A stretch of DNA of 64,000 nucleotides from Blastocatellia bacterium (GCA_963765045.1 CAVXVF010000003.1:171488-235487), one strand, 5' to 3'; shown: positions 19,306-30,757, counted from the first letter of the stretch. Notes: generated from the letters alone by a model not told the origin. Program-made: numbers and translations.

Positions 19306-20178
19306 ATGATCAAACTCCTTGCACTCGACCTTGACGGAACGCTGCTGAATTCAAAGGGCAAGATTCCTGAAGCCAATAAACTCGCGATCCGGCAGGCCGA
19401 AGAACGCGGAGTGTTGGTCACAATTGCGACGGGGCGGCGTTTTCGTGATGCGTTGCCGGTGGCGGCTGAGTTGGAATTCAATGCGCCGCTGATCACACAC
19501 AACGGAGCTTTGTTGAAATATGCCGAAAGCCTTGAAACGGTCGCGGCTTCCCTCTTAGCTCACGCAACTACGCTTGAAATACTTAAGGTTGGGAAATCAT
19601 TCGGAGGTGATGCTCTTGTCAGCGTCGATCCGCATGGGCATGGCACGCTGCTTTTCGACACGGTTTCGGACAATAATATTCCGCTGCAAAAATACATAGC
19701 CTGGTCGGATCGGCTTCATGCTGACGATAAAGGAAAATCGGCGATCCATGTCGCTAAACTGGAAGCGGTGGTTGGCGATAACGAAGTGATTCACATCTCT
19801 TTTTCCGGCGGATGCGAATCGATGAAGGAGATGCATCAAGTTCTGACGGAAGAATTAGGAGAAACCGTGACGCTTCTTGCAACCATTTACCCGGAACTTG
19901 ATTTCACGTTGCTCGACATTCTGCCGCCAAATGCCTCCAAAGGAACGGGTGTTGAGACGCTTGCAAAAATAAATGGCCTGTCGCCTAAAAATGTGATGAC
20001 CATCGGCGATAATTTTAACGATCTCGAAATGCTCCAGTTTGCCGGGACAGCCGTTGTGATGGGAAATGCCGACCCCAGTTTGCTAGAAAGCCAAGAATTT
20101 TATACAACTGTAAGTAATGACGAGAACGGGGTTGCCGTCGCTATTAATAAATTTATTTTGAACGAGGAGAAACACTGA
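19306..20178 (+). CDS. Cof-type HAD-IIB family hydrolase
   Basis: LALDLDGTLL, ATGR and GDNFNDLEM motifs. Confidence 0.85.
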   Translation: MIKLLALDLDGTLLNSKGKIPEANKLAIRQAEERGVLVTIATGRRFRDALPVAAELEFNAPLITHNGALLKYAESLETVAASLLAHATTLEILKVGKSFGGDALVSVDPHGHGTLLFDTVSDNNIPLQKYIAWSDRLHADDKGKSAIHVAKLEAVVGDNEVIHISFSGGCESMKEMHQVLTEELGETVTLLATIYPELDFTLLDILPPNASKGTGVETLAKINGLSPKNVMTIGDNFNDLEMLQFAGTAVVMGNADPSLLESQEFYTTVSNDENGVAVAINKFILNEEKH

Positions 20179-20673
20179 GTGGCTAATCGAATTGCAGTTA
20201 TCGAAACGAATAAGGGAACGATAAAGTTTGAACTTTTAGAAACTGACGCACCGAAAACGACCGAGAACTTCCGCATTCATGCCGGAAACGGCTATTACGA
20301 CGGCGTGATCTTTCATCGCATCATTCCGAATTTTATGATTCAGGGCGGCGATCCGCTTGGCGAAGGTTATGGCGGCGAATCGGCCTGGGGCGGAAAGTTC
20401 GATGACGAGATCGACCGAACCTCTGAATTGTATGCCGGTATTTACGACAAAGGCACGGTCGCGATGGCAAACTCAGGTCCAAATACTAACGGATCGCAGT
20501 TTTTTATCATGCACATCGATTACCCATTGCCGCCGAGCTATACGAAATTCGGGAAAGTTACCGAAGGCCAGGATATCGTAAATACGATCGCCGAAGTGCC
20601 GACGAATCAAAACGACAAACCGCTTGAGCCGGTCGTGATGAACAAGGTTTATATCGAGGAACTCTCCGCCTGA
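20179..20673 (+). CDS. ppiB: Peptidyl-prolyl cis-trans isomerase (cyclophilin type), cytoplasmic
   Basis: [36 protein letters not shown] start. Confidence 0.9.
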   Translation: MANRIAVIETNKGTIKFELLETDAPKTTENFRIHAGNGYYDGVIFHRIIPNFMIQGGDPLGEGYGGESAWGGKFDDEIDRTSELYAGIYDKGTVAMANSGPNTNGSQFFIMHIDYPLPPSYTKFGKVTEGQDIVNTIAEVPTNQNDKPLEPVVMNKVYIEELSA

Positions 20674-21122
20674 TGAGAGCTGTTTTGCAGCGGGTTTCGA
20701 ACGCTCGGGTTTCGGTTGCGGGAGAAACGGTTGGCGAGATCGGCAAAGGAATACTCGTCTTGCTGGGTGTTTCGATTACTGACAAAGAAGCTGACGCGAT
20801 CTATCTTGTTGAAAAGACGTTGAATCTCCGCATTTTCGATGACGCCGCAGGCAGGGTGAACGATTCGCTGCTTGATGTGAACGGCGAGCTGCTTGTTGTT
20901 TCGCAATTCACGCTTTACGGAGATTCACGACGAGGCCGCCGGCCGTCGTATATCGACGCGGCCAAACCGGACGAAGCAAACCGTCTGTATGAGTTTTTTG
21001 TGAGCGAGGCTCGCAAACAAGTGGCTAAAGTTGAAACCGGGCGTTTTCAGGCTATGATGGATGTCGAACTCGTCAACGACGGGCCAGTTACATTATTGAT
21101 CGATAGCGAAAAGCTATTTTAA
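20673..21122 (+). CDS. dtd: D-aminoacyl-tRNA deacylase
   Basis: [15 protein letters not shown]...[15 protein letters not shown]. The ATG overlaps the ppiB stop (TGATG). Confidence 0.92.
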   Translation: MRAVLQRVSNARVSVAGETVGEIGKGILVLLGVSITDKEADAIYLVEKTLNLRIFDDAAGRVNDSLLDVNGELLVVSQFTLYGDSRRGRRPSYIDAAKPDEANRLYEFFVSEARKQVAKVETGRFQAMMDVELVNDGPVTLLIDSEKLF

Positions 21123-21132
21123 AATTGAATTT

Positions 21133-21766
21133 ATGAAAATCAGCGTAATTGTATTGATAGTCGTTTTAACTGCTTTTGGGTTTTCATGTAATGAAGCGAA
21201 ACCCACAAAGAACCAGCAGCAGCAGCACGTCCGGCATTAAGAAAGGAGTTGCTCCGGTCGCCGACAACGAAGTCGCCGTCATAGAGATGGAAAATTCGTC
21301 GGCTTACGGAACGATAACGATCGAGCTGTATTCAAACATCGCACCGAAGATGGTCGCTCGATTCAAAGAGCTTGCAAAAGAAGGTGTTTATAACGGGACC
21401 AGTTTTCACCGAATCAATCAGACCGTAGTTCAGGGCGGCGATCCGAATTCTAAGGACGATGATCCTTCGAATGACGGCACGGGCAACTCGGACAAACCGA
21501 ATGTTCAGGCAGAGTTTTCGGATATCCCTTATGATACTGCGATCGTTGGTGCCGCTCGCCAGAGTGGTGACGTGAACTCACAAAATTCGCAATTTTTCAT
21601 CATGCTAAAACGTGAAGTGGGCTTTGATAAAAACTATACCGTTTTTGGGAAAGTTATCGAAGGCATGAACAATGTCAGAACAATCTCCGGTGTTTCACCC
21701 AAAGAAGGTGAACGTCCGGTTGAGGCAATAAAGATCAAAAGCGTCACGATCAAGCCGAAGGGCTAA
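21133..21766 (+). pseudogene. Cyclophilin-type PPIase lipoprotein whose signal peptide is in a different frame from the catalytic domain (frameshift ~21185-21240)
   Basis: ATG 21133 encodes MKISVIVLIVVLTAFGFSCNEAKPTKNQQQQHVRH*, which has a lipobox-like GFSC. The cyclophilin domain (FHRINQTVVQGGDP..NSQFFI) is in the +1 frame (track ORF 21176..21766). This is a probable indel near the aaaccc/(cag)n tract. Confidence 0.7.
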
Positions 21767-21772
21767 AAATTT

Positions 21773-21849
21773 GCTCGCGTAGCTCAGTTGGATAGAGTGC
21801 TTCCCTCCGAAGGAAGAAGTCGCAGGTTCAAATCCCGCCGCGAGTACCA
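21773..21849 (+). tRNA. tRNA-Arg (anticodon CCG), CCA encoded
   Basis: Hand-folded cloverleaf: acceptor gctcgcg/cgcgagt, D arm gctc/gagt, anticodon stem cttcc/ggaag with loop ctCCGaa, T loop ttcaaat. There is one A:C mismatch in the T stem. Confidence 0.85.
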
Positions 21850-21852
21850 CAT

Positions 21853-21889
21853 AAAAAAGGGCGTCGATCATCTCGACACCCTTTTTTTC
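21853..21889. terminator. Bidirectional terminator between tRNA-Arg and the convergent C25 peptidase gene
   Basis: agggcgtcga (21858-67) pairs with tcgacaccct (21873-82), with one mismatch. Flanked by an A-run and a T-run. Confidence 0.7.
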
Positions 21890-21907
21890 CTGCAATTAGC
21901 GACCCGT

Positions 21908-24544
21908 TTATTGTTGACGATCGCCTGTCGATGCCGTCCGCACTTTCAGCATAGGATCACCAATTAGTGCCCATGAGAGTCGAACGTCCACTCCGCCTGG
22001 AATAGTAGTTTTTGCGTCGTTTATTAGATCACCCAGCCGCTCGATGCTGCCGCCGCTGATCCTAATAAAGAACCTGGTCGCCATTATCTCCTGAACATCT
22101 GGTGTAGTTTCACCGGTCGAAGCCCAAGCTGCTACAGCTCCGCCATTCGTGGAATCAAGCAGGTTCTCCGCCAGGCTTTTGAAATTCGCATGAAGGAAAT
22201 ATCCGTTCAAACAAGTAAGCATCGTAAAGATCGATTGGTTACTTGCATTGGTTAACGCAGGCACATTATTGCTTGAGAAAAAACTCGAGTTCGCCCATGC
22301 ACCCAGTGACCCGTGTCCCGCGTAATTTACAAGGTATTTGCCCGAGTTCATGGAACTTATTAGTAGCGTCTGGGGAGTATCGGGCGGTGGCGGCGTGTCG
22401 CTCCGAACTACGCTCATCACCGGTACTGCGGGCGGCAGATGACTTCTGAGTCTGTTGTTTATCTCCTGAAAATTATAATTGTTAGCAGCATCGTACTGAT
22501 CGGATGCAAACAAAACGCCCCCAGCAACCATCGTCCTTGCAGCCTGCTCATAAGCTGTCACTTTGGCCAGGGCATTGGTGATTCCCTGAGCGGTGCGAGA
22601 CGGAATGCGGCCGACAGCCATCTCCGCCAGACCATCGTTATCGAAATCCGCCAGTGTGTCATCGCTGCCTGTTTCGATATAAACGGTATCAACCATGTGC
22701 GTCGGCACAAAGTTGTTATTTCCTAAGCCCTCGTAGTTTCGGGCGTCATATGTCGAGTCACCTAGCAAAAGAACGTAACGCGGAGCGACCTGCCAGTTCG
22801 ATGCAGCGTATTGCAGAAAATTTCTAATCGAAAGCGAGTTTACGACACCATAATTGAACTCGTCATAAATCTCCGAAACCTCGATAACCTTGACTGTGAA
22901 CCCTTGTCCTCTACGGTAATTTGCCCAGTTTTCAGCCTCAGTCATCCAGCCCTTGTACGAAATTATAATAAGATCTCCGACACCATTGGGGGTCGCCAGA
23001 ATTGTAGGATCGTTCTGAGTCAACGATGCTGCCTGCAATAAGCCGGAGTTTTCCACCGCGTAAAGCAAACGGCCGCGGCCGGCTGGCATTGTGATCCCAA
23101 ATGTCCCTCCATTCTGCACGACGTTGAGATTTGTCATCAGAGCGGGCGAAGCTTCCGCGGTCATATCGAACACGCGAATATTCGCTGTCGAAAATCCTTC
23201 GATATTTGCACGTCTATAATTTTGCGTGAAGAAGCTCAAGCGGTTTTGCGTAGCACCGAACTTACGGGCAAATCCGACTTTTACCGTGTCAAAAAAGCTA
23301 CTGGTCGCGTTCTGCATGTGGAACACGAGAGAATTGGCACCTTCATTTAGAAATGATGTCGGAATAGTATACAGTTTAGAAAAAGGACCACGCCCGTTCC
23401 CATTTGCCGTTGCAAGCGTCTGACCGTTTACTTTTACTTCCACCACGTGAGCATCAAAAGAGAAGCCTTCAAACGAAACGTCGAGCGTTGCATTGGGAGA
23501 CGCAAAATCAACATTAGTTAACGTAAAGTTGACGGTCGTGTCAAACGATGAGTTTATCGGCTGGCCCCAGTAATTTTGAATATCGCCGTTTAGTACCTGA
23601 CTGAAATAATTAATTCGCTCCTTTTGCAAAAACGTTTGCGAATAGCTTGGAGACGTCACGGTTCCAGCAGTTGGACGCGAAACACGGGATTCAATTCGTT
23701 TACCCGCCGCCGGACCCGAAATCAAATAATAGATCCGTGTGTCACTCTCACGAACATCGACGCCCGTGCCGTAGAATTCGATGTAGTCGCCATTATTCGG
23801 ACCAACGATGATTGACTGCTGAACACCGGCGAGATAAAGCTGCCAGAGGCTTGAATCACCATTCACATTAAAACCCGCACTCTGGAGTTCGGCCCTGGTA
23901 ACACGATAAAAGCCTTCTTTTTTAACGCCGATTTTCACGCCCGGCTGTGAAATGACAAATCTGTGGTTTACCGGATCGTCGGCAAGCTGATTAGTTTCGA
24001 TGTCGTTTACTATCGTCTTCGGCAATTCCAGCCGGTTTGAAATGATAGAGCCGTTGGATTTACTGTCAGCAACCTGCCTGCTCAATTCCTGCGAGCTGTC
24101 CGAACCAACCGAGCGAAGATCGGATATGTATTCGGGTAGAATTGAAGCGGAATTGATGGATTTTCCGTTCGCCTGAATGCTCGTAACCGAATAGGAAGCC
24201 TGAGCATCGCCCTCGGCGTCAAAAAAGGAGTATTTTTCGCCGCTCGTTATTGCCGAGCCACTGATAGCAGCGGAACCGGAAATCAAACTCTTCGACACGA
24301 GCCGGGTACCGGCACCATCGGTTCGACTAACGGTGAACCCGATATTGTTCTTTTCAGCAGCCATTTCCCACTGGATAAGAACTCCGGCACCGTCCGAATA
24401 TGCCCGGAGCGAACCAAATCGCGTTTGAGCATTACCCGACTTTGTTTTTGTTTCGGACGAGCGTTTACTTGCTTGAGCAAACGCCGGAATCACCGAGGTG
24501 ACAGATACGATGGTTAGAAGGCAAAGAGATATTACTCGTTTCAT
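21908..24544 (-). CDS. Peptidase C25 (gingipain-like cysteine protease) family protein, secreted
   Basis: 878 aa with a signal peptide. The C-terminal half carries YVLLLGDSTYD, DNDGLAEMAVGRIP, NYAGHGS (catalytic His context) and FTMLTCLNGYF (catalytic Cys context). Confidence 0.75.
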   Translation of the reverse strand: MKRVISLCLLTIVSVTSVIPAFAQASKRSSETKTKSGNAQTRFGSLRAYSDGAGVLIQWEMAAEKNNIGFTVSRTDGAGTRLVSKSLISGSAAISGSAITSGEKYSFFDAEGDAQASYSVTSIQANGKSINSASILPEYISDLRSVGSDSSQELSRQVADSKSNGSIISNRLELPKTIVNDIETNQLADDPVNHRFVISQPGVKIGVKKEGFYRVTRAELQSAGFNVNGDSSLWQLYLAGVQQSIIVGPNNGDYIEFYGTGVDVRESDTRIYYLISGPAAGKRIESRVSRPTAGTVTSPSYSQTFLQKERINYFSQVLNGDIQNYWGQPINSSFDTTVNFTLTNVDFASPNATLDVSFEGFSFDAHVVEVKVNGQTLATANGNGRGPFSKLYTIPTSFLNEGANSLVFHMQNATSSFFDTVKVGFARKFGATQNRLSFFTQNYRRANIEGFSTANIRVFDMTAEASPALMTNLNVVQNGGTFGITMPAGRGRLLYAVENSGLLQAASLTQNDPTILATPNGVGDLIIISYKGWMTEAENWANYRRGQGFTVKVIEVSEIYDEFNYGVVNSLSIRNFLQYAASNWQVAPRYVLLLGDSTYDARNYEGLGNNNFVPTHMVDTVYIETGSDDTLADFDNDGLAEMAVGRIPSRTAQGITNALAKVTAYEQAARTMVAGGVLFASDQYDAANNYNFQEINNRLRSHLPPAVPVMSVVRSDTPPPPDTPQTLLISSMNSGKYLVNYAGHGSLGAWANSSFFSSNNVPALTNASNQSIFTMLTCLNGYFLHANFKSLAENLLDSTNGGAVAAWASTGETTPDVQEIMATRFFIRISGGSIERLGDLINDAKTTIPGGVDVRLSWALIGDPMLKVRTASTGDRQQ

Positions 24545-24807
24545 TTACAATACTCCTGATAAAAAAAGCCAAGCGACAATGTGTTCGCGATAGGGAATAA
24601 TCTACTACGTTTTTAATTCAAAACCAATACTTTTTTGCTTAGGGCTATACGTCCAGGGATCTCAACTAGAAACTCAGCAGTTTGATCCTGCGGAAATGCA
24701 AAGCAACCCTTTTAATAATACCAATCAGCTATTGTTTTATTCCGCTGCATAAATTTTTCGAAGATTTTTCCCATTTGGATGCAGTTAACGCTAACATTTC
24801 GATATGT

Positions 24808-27687
24808 TTACGCCGAAAGTAGCTGCCGAAGGACGTACTGGAGAATGCCGCCGCCTTTGTAATATTCCAGTTCGATCGGCGTATCGATCCGCAACGTTAA
24901 TAATGTCTCGATCGTTTCTCCGTTTGCCCGATTGATCTTTAATGTTACATCCTGCATCGGCCTGACCGGTGCACTCTCAAGTCCCGTAAGATCAAATGTT
25001 TCGGACCCGTCCAAATTTAGGGTCGCAGCCGACTGCCCGTCCTTAAATTGCAGCGGAAGCACGCCCATGCCGACAAGATTCGAGCGATGTATCCTTTCAA
25101 AAGATTGCGTTATCACGGCTTTGACGCCCATCAGCTTAGTTCCCTTTGCCGCCCAATCGCGAGAGCTTCCCGTTCCGTATTCGAGTCCTGCAAAGATCAC
25201 CAGCGGCGTTTCCGACTCGTTGTACTTCATCGCCGCATCGTAGATAGACATCTCGTCGCCGTCCGGTTGAAACCTGGTAACACCGCCCTCGACCGGAGCC
25301 ACCATTAGATTCTTGATCCGGACATTGGCGAATGTCCCACGCAGCATCACCCGGTCGTTTCCGCGACGCGACCCGTAGGAATTAAAATCCTGTGGTTCGA
25401 CGCCCTGCTGCTGTAAATAAAGGCCCGCCGGGGAATTCGCCTTGATCGCACCGGCAGGCGAGATGTGATCAGTCGTTACCGAATCACCAAATATCGCCAA
25501 GGCCCTTGCTCCATTAAAGTCGGAAAAGCTTCCCGTTTCCATCGAAAAATCTTCAAAATACGGCGGCTCCTGAATGTAGGTCGAGTCGTTGTCCCATTCA
25601 TAAACCTGGCCGGTGCTGGTCGCGATGTCATTCCAGAGCGGATTCTGATCGGCAAATTGGCTGTATAAACGCTTATAGGTTTCAGGATCGAATGCCGTCT
25701 GGAGATACTCTTTCACTTCATCGAGCGATGCCCAAATGTCCTTCAAAAAGACGTCATTGCCGTCACCGTCTTTCCCTATCGGGTGAAGATAGACATCTTT
25801 GATGACCGTACCGGCGAGTGCATAAGCGACAACAAGCGGCGGCGACATCAGAAAATTTGCCTTTATGTTTTGATGAACGCGGGCCTCGAAATTACGATTG
25901 CCGGAGAGCACGGATGCGGCAATTATGTCATTCTCGACAATTTCTTCCTCGATTGCAGCATCGAGAGGGCCGGAGTTACCGATACATGTCGTGCAGCCAT
26001 AGCCAACGAGGTTGAAGCCTATTTGATTTAAATAAGGCTGGAGACCCGTCTTTTCAAGATACTCGGTGACAACCCGCGACCCTGGTGCCAGAGACGTTTT
26101 TACATACGGCGGAACCTTCATCCCTTTCTCGACGGCCTTTTTTGCGACGATGCCGGCAGCGATCATAACCGCCGGGTTAGACGTATTTGTACATGAAGTT
26201 ATCGCCGCGATCAGCACATCGCCGTTTCCTATGGTCGTGGAAGTTGTCTCGGGCTCGCAATCTTCTTCGTCCTGTTCGACTCTGTCAGGCGTCGGGCGAT
26301 TGTTGATCATTTCAACCTCGGTTCCAATATTTGTATTATTTACGCTTACTTCGCCGAGGATCGGCAACGGAACCGATTTTGAGTTTTGATCGCCGCCGCC
26401 GGTAACTGTTGTCGCGACAGGTCCGCACATAGTCACCAAATAGCGTCGATCAAGGTCTTCGGGCAGTTTACCATAGCCGCCATCAGCAACTTTCTGGCTG
26501 AATAATTCGATGAATCTGTCATCGAGATTAGACAGATCAATTCGATCCTGAGGGCGTTTCGGGCCAGCGACGGACGGATTTATCGTTTCAAGGCTAAGCT
26601 CGTAGACCGTAGAATAATCGACCTCCCCATCCTTTGGAATCCCGAACATTTGCTGGGCGGTGTAATAATTACGGATCGTTTCGATCTGCTCGGCTGTTCT
26701 GCCGGTCGCCCGGAAATACTCAAGAGTCTTATCGTCAACACCGAAGAATCCCATCGTCGCGCCGTATTCGGGAGCCATGTTAGCGATCGTTGCACGATCC
26801 GTCGCATGTAGAGCTGCCGCACCTTCCCCAAAAAACTCGACAAACTTGCCGACAACATTCGCTTTTCGCAGCATTTCAGTAACACGCAAAACGAGGTCGG
26901 TCGCAGTCGCTCCTTGCGGCAATTCGCCCGTCAGATGAACGCCGACGACATCAGGTGTCAGAAAATAAACCGGCTGGCCGAGCATTCCGGCCTCGGCTTC
27001 GATTCCGCCGACGCCCCAACCGACGATGCCAAGGCCGTTGATCATGGTCGTGTGCGAATCGGTGCCGACAAGCGAATCAGGGAAATACACGCCTTCTCTC
27101 TCGAATACGCCTTTTGCCAAATACTCAAGATTGACTTGATGCACGATGCCGATTCCCGGAGGAATGACACTAAAGCCATTGAACGCCTGAGTTCCCCACT
27201 TTAAGAATCGGTAACGCTGCTCGTTGCGTTTGAACTCCATCTCGGTATTACGCATGTACGCGGCTTCGCTGCCGGCATAATCTACCTGTACAGAATGGTC
27301 GATCACAAGGTCGACCGGGACAAGCGGCTCGATGACCGCCGCGTCCTTGCCCATTCGAATAACAGCCGACCGCATTGCCGCAAGGTCGACCAAAAGCGGC
27401 ACACCCGTAAAATCCTGCAAAACAACTCGAGCGACAACAAAAGGAATCTCTTCGGTACGCTCGCTTTCGGCAATCCAACCAGCTAAAGCCCTGACGTTCG
27501 CCTCGCTTATCTTTTTCCCGCCATCGAAATTTCTAAGCACGGATTCGAGAACTATTCGGATCGAGATCGGCAGCCGCGAAATTTTCCCAAGGCCTTCTTC
27601 TTCCAATTTAGGAAGCGAATAAAAAACTCCGTCCTGTCCGCTGCCGGTTTTGAAAGTTTGGCGAGAATTGAAAAGATTGTGTGTCAT
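24808..27687 (-). CDS. acnA: Aconitate hydratase A
   Basis: 959 aa. Contains [35 protein letters not shown] and [10 protein letters not shown] motifs. Confidence 0.96.
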   Translation of the reverse strand: MTHNLFNSRQTFKTGSGQDGVFYSLPKLEEEGLGKISRLPISIRIVLESVLRNFDGGKKISEANVRALAGWIAESERTEEIPFVVARVVLQDFTGVPLLVDLAAMRSAVIRMGKDAAVIEPLVPVDLVIDHSVQVDYAGSEAAYMRNTEMEFKRNEQRYRFLKWGTQAFNGFSVIPPGIGIVHQVNLEYLAKGVFEREGVYFPDSLVGTDSHTTMINGLGIVGWGVGGIEAEAGMLGQPVYFLTPDVVGVHLTGELPQGATATDLVLRVTEMLRKANVVGKFVEFFGEGAAALHATDRATIANMAPEYGATMGFFGVDDKTLEYFRATGRTAEQIETIRNYYTAQQMFGIPKDGEVDYSTVYELSLETINPSVAGPKRPQDRIDLSNLDDRFIELFSQKVADGGYGKLPEDLDRRYLVTMCGPVATTVTGGGDQNSKSVPLPILGEVSVNNTNIGTEVEMINNRPTPDRVEQDEEDCEPETTSTTIGNGDVLIAAITSCTNTSNPAVMIAAGIVAKKAVEKGMKVPPYVKTSLAPGSRVVTEYLEKTGLQPYLNQIGFNLVGYGCTTCIGNSGPLDAAIEEEIVENDIIAASVLSGNRNFEARVHQNIKANFLMSPPLVVAYALAGTVIKDVYLHPIGKDGDGNDVFLKDIWASLDEVKEYLQTAFDPETYKRLYSQFADQNPLWNDIATSTGQVYEWDNDSTYIQEPPYFEDFSMETGSFSDFNGARALAIFGDSVTTDHISPAGAIKANSPAGLYLQQQGVEPQDFNSYGSRRGNDRVMLRGTFANVRIKNLMVAPVEGGVTRFQPDGDEMSIYDAAMKYNESETPLVIFAGLEYGTGSSRDWAAKGTKLMGVKAVITQSFERIHRSNLVGMGVLPLQFKDGQSAATLNLDGSETFDLTGLESAPVRPMQDVTLKINRANGETIETLLTLRIDTPIELEYYKGGGILQYVLRQLLSA

Positions 27688-27835
27688 AATTTCGGTATAT
27701 TTAATGGATCGCTTAACGATGACCAGGCCATAAAGCGTTGTTAATTTAAACGGTTATATTATCACAAACAACGGTCGAGATAATCCTTACATTCGAAGTC
27801 ATGTCCGATTTTGAGTTGGCGCGGCTCACTAATAG

Positions 27836-27950
27836 TTTTCTTTGCGTTCTTTGCGGAATTCCTTTGCGACCTCTGCGTTAAAATTCTTTTTTAACCGCAA
27901 AGAACGCAGAGTTTCTCGCAAAGGACGCTGAGCGGATTTATCGAACGACG
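27836..27950. repeat. Palindromic REP-like element (two inverted copies of the 'ctttgcgttctttgcgg...ctctgcgttaaaa' unit)
   Basis: tttctttgcgttctttgcggaattcctttgcgacctctgcgttaaaa faces its inverted partner ttttaaccgcaaagaacgcagagtttctcgcaaaggacgctgagc. A related single copy lies at 49849-49892. Confidence 0.7.
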
Positions 27951-27968
27951 CAAAGTAGGACAAAATTC

Positions 27969-29063
27969 TTAGATTAGCGGGCCTTTGCCGTTCCGGCCGG
28001 TACGGAGGTCGCTCAAGCGGTTAAGCCAACGGTGTTTCAAAGCTTTCGGCGCAATGAATTCGGTAATGCCGTGCGTTTGATGCTCCTTGCCGTCGGCGAG
28101 CGTGAGCGTGATCAAACTTAGAAAGCGAAGATGATAAAAGCTGGAATCGATGATCTTTAACGGCTTTGACGTGAGCTGAATGCCATCTTCGGAGATCAAA
28201 CCCAAGCTTGTCGGATATCGAATTCCAAACCTGTCGCGAGTGTAATTCTGCTCTTCAAATCGAACTTCCCGAGTCTGAAGCTCGCCATTCTTTATCAAAA
28301 ATAGTTTAGTGATCGGGTTTTCGTCGCCAATCTCACAATAGCGATAAAATATTGCCGTGCAGTCCGCAAAATGCGCCCGGCCCCAATGCCAATCACGCAC
28401 TGTTTTCGCCAGCCATCGATTGTCCAGATTATGATCGTGATATCCCGTCCCGCGAAAGTTTCGCACATCAAGATTTCGCCCTCCTGAGTCGACAACTGTT
28501 ATCTTACCTGTCACATCCGAGCGCGGGGCGACCATATTCCAGCAATGCGACGAGGCATCGTAGCAAAATGGTGCCGATCCGAAGTCCGACTCGATCGAGA
28601 GCCATTCCAGCTTTGCTTCCAGACGCCGGTTTCTAGAAAGTGGCACGTCTATAGATACAGAGAAACCGGAACCGTATGACGCTGACTCATAACGAAATGA
28701 ACTGTTGCCGATTTTGCACTCCGGAACATTTTCGCTGGCTGTGAATTGCTCGGCGGGAAACTCATTGACAGCTCGATATACTTGTTTCCCATCGCGGAAA
28801 TAAGTTATCGAAACCGCGGGAAAACGTTCGCGATTTGGGCTGTGTCCCTCGCCATTAGTAAGTATTTTCCCTATATCGTTATATCGCGGCGAATAAATGA
28901 AATTGTCGAGAAATACAATAACGAGTGCTTCGTTACCATCGTCGGAAAGCGCGTCGAAATACCACCATTCGTATGCCTTTGGATCCTTTTGGGGATGCCA
29001 GACATCGCCTGATACGCTGGACGAAAACACAAACTTTTCCGCGGAGACTTTCTGTGATGCCAA
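27969..29063 (-). CDS. CrtC-like (carotenoid 1,2-hydratase / hydroxyneurosporene synthase family) protein
   Basis: YEWWYFDALSDDGNEALVIVFLDNF is the family's characteristic N-terminal motif, as I recall it. The assigned function is an inference. Confidence 0.5.
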   Translation of the reverse strand: MASQKVSAEKFVFSSSVSGDVWHPQKDPKAYEWWYFDALSDDGNEALVIVFLDNFIYSPRYNDIGKILTNGEGHSPNRERFPAVSITYFRDGKQVYRAVNEFPAEQFTASENVPECKIGNSSFRYESASYGSGFSVSIDVPLSRNRRLEAKLEWLSIESDFGSAPFCYDASSHCWNMVAPRSDVTGKITVVDSGGRNLDVRNFRGTGYHDHNLDNRWLAKTVRDWHWGRAHFADCTAIFYRYCEIGDENPITKLFLIKNGELQTREVRFEEQNYTRDRFGIRYPTSLGLISEDGIQLTSKPLKIIDSSFYHLRFLSLITLTLADGKEHQTHGITEFIAPKALKHRWLNRLSDLRTGRNGKGPLI

Positions 29064-29208
29064 GTCAGTTTCCTACTTCTTTGCTAATTCTCTTAAAGCT
29101 TAGGTTAAAGAATCGCAAAAAGACAAATATATGGCAAACTTTCAAACGGAAAATGAATCAATGCAGATGTAAGACTCTTCCCTTAAATTACCTGATCAGA
29201 GGAGTTCA

Positions 29209-29580
29209 ATGAAAAATTTAAGCACAGCCGTCCTGTCGATAACGCTTGCCTTTGCCGCTTTAATCACCGCTGGCTGCCCTGAACGCGTTTCGATCGCCGA
29301 TATTGAGGCGAATCCCGCAAAATATCAGAATAAAGAGGTAGCCATCGCCGGCACTGTAAAAGACAGCTACGGAATTTCAATTCCCGGCACGCCTATTCAG
29401 GGTGGCGCTTACAAGATAGATGACGGGACCGGTTCTATTTGGGTCATAAGCGAGACGACAGTCCCGACCAAGGGAACGCAGATCGGCGTAAAAGGCCTGA
29501 TCGGAAACGGAGTGAGCTGGAAAGGTAGAAATTACGGCCTCGGCATGTACGAAAAAGACCGCCGCATTCGAAAACGATAG
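29209..29580 (+). CDS. Small lipoprotein, OB-fold-like
   Basis: Lipobox LITAGC, then a beta-rich KEVAIAGTVKDSYG...GTQIGVKGLIG region. Confidence 0.55.
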   Translation: MKNLSTAVLSITLAFAALITAGCPERVSIADIEANPAKYQNKEVAIAGTVKDSYGISIPGTPIQGGAYKIDDGTGSIWVISETTVPTKGTQIGVKGLIGNGVSWKGRNYGLGMYEKDRRIRKR

Positions 29581-29649
29581 GTCCAATTCGCTGTTCGTCG
29601 AGTGACAAGCGGTGACCGGCAGGCTAAAATCCTGACGTCACGTTTGTCA

Positions 29650-30114
29650 ATGAAAACCTACATCGAAATATTCGACGCGCAGTTTCGCAAGATCCACGAG
29701 AGGTCTTGCGAACTAGCCGCGCTCATTCCGAATGAAGTGCTGTTTTCAAAGCCTGCAATGGCCGAATCATATTCGTGCGGCGAATATCTTTTGCGTTCGG
29801 CTGCCGCTGTGGAGCAGACTTTTGGCGGGATCACTGTCCGGCTGTGGGACGATCCTTTTGAATGGACGCTGCCGGAAGAACTGGCGACAACCGATAAGAT
29901 TACTGAGTATCTGAATGAGGTTGAAGCAACTCGGTCGAAGGGTTTTGGGTATTTTATTTCGGACAACGATCTTACCAGGGAGATTCCCGCTCCTGACCGT
30001 CTTACGCCTATCTTTCAACTCTTGCTTGAAACCCTTTCGCGTGCCGAACATTTGCAGGGCAGGGCCTTTGCCGTGTTCCAGATGTTTTCATCCGCCAAAC
30101 TACCCGCCTGGTGA
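29650..30114 (+). CDS. Hypothetical protein, possibly DinB-like four-helix bundle
   Basis: 154 aa from ATG 29650. Helical, with no firm motif. Confidence 0.4.
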   Translation: MKTYIEIFDAQFRKIHERSCELAALIPNEVLFSKPAMAESYSCGEYLLRSAAAVEQTFGGITVRLWDDPFEWTLPEELATTDKITEYLNEVEATRSKGFGYFISDNDLTREIPAPDRLTPIFQLLLETLSRAEHLQGRAFAVFQMFSSAKLPAW

Positions 30115-30199
30115 TCTCGGAAATTTTGCAATGTGAACTTTTTCGTGTAAAAATTCGTTTGAGATTGAGTCTTGCAAAACCGCAATCTGGAGATACTAA

Positions 30200-30748
30200 A
30201 TGCATTGCCCTCGCTGCGGCCAACAACAGGTTTCGGGCGAAACAAAATTCTGTTCTCGCTGCGGCTTTCAATTGGTGATCGTAACCGAACTGCTCGCGAA
30301 CGGCGGTGTTTTGCCGCAATTAGCTGCCCTTCAAAAAAACAAGACTTTTTTCAATAAGAAGAACGGCGTGATGTTCGGCGTCGCATGGTTCATATTCTTC
30401 ACAATGTTTATGACGTCGGTCTGGGGCATTCTTGATGTCGATAAACTGGCGGGATTATTTGCCGTAACCGGTGTGTTCGGAGCACTTTTGATAATCATCG
30501 GATCGCTCGTTTTTCTGCCGTCTTCCAGGCAAACACTACAGATACCTATGCAGGAGATTCCGCTTCCGCAACCGGCTGCTCTCTACGGCAATACCGGATC
30601 GGCGGCCGGATTACCATCGCAACGGCAGCAGCCGGCGAACGAATACACCGCTCCGACAGGTGCATGGAAGGCCCCGGACACAGGCGATCTTGTCGGCCCC
30701 GGCAGCGTTATCGAAAGCACAACGAAATTATTAAAACGCGACGAATAG
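30200..30748 (+). CDS. Zinc-ribbon membrane protein (paralog 1)
   Basis: MHCPRCGQQQVSGETKFCSRCGFQL, then 2-3 TM segments and a Pro/Gly-rich tail ending SVIESTTKLLKRDE. Confidence 0.7.
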   Translation: MHCPRCGQQQVSGETKFCSRCGFQLVIVTELLANGGVLPQLAALQKNKTFFNKKNGVMFGVAWFIFFTMFMTSVWGILDVDKLAGLFAVTGVFGALLIIIGSLVFLPSSRQTLQIPMQEIPLPQPAALYGNTGSAAGLPSQRQQPANEYTAPTGAWKAPDTGDLVGPGSVIESTTKLLKRDE

Positions 30749-30757
30749 TTATTAACA

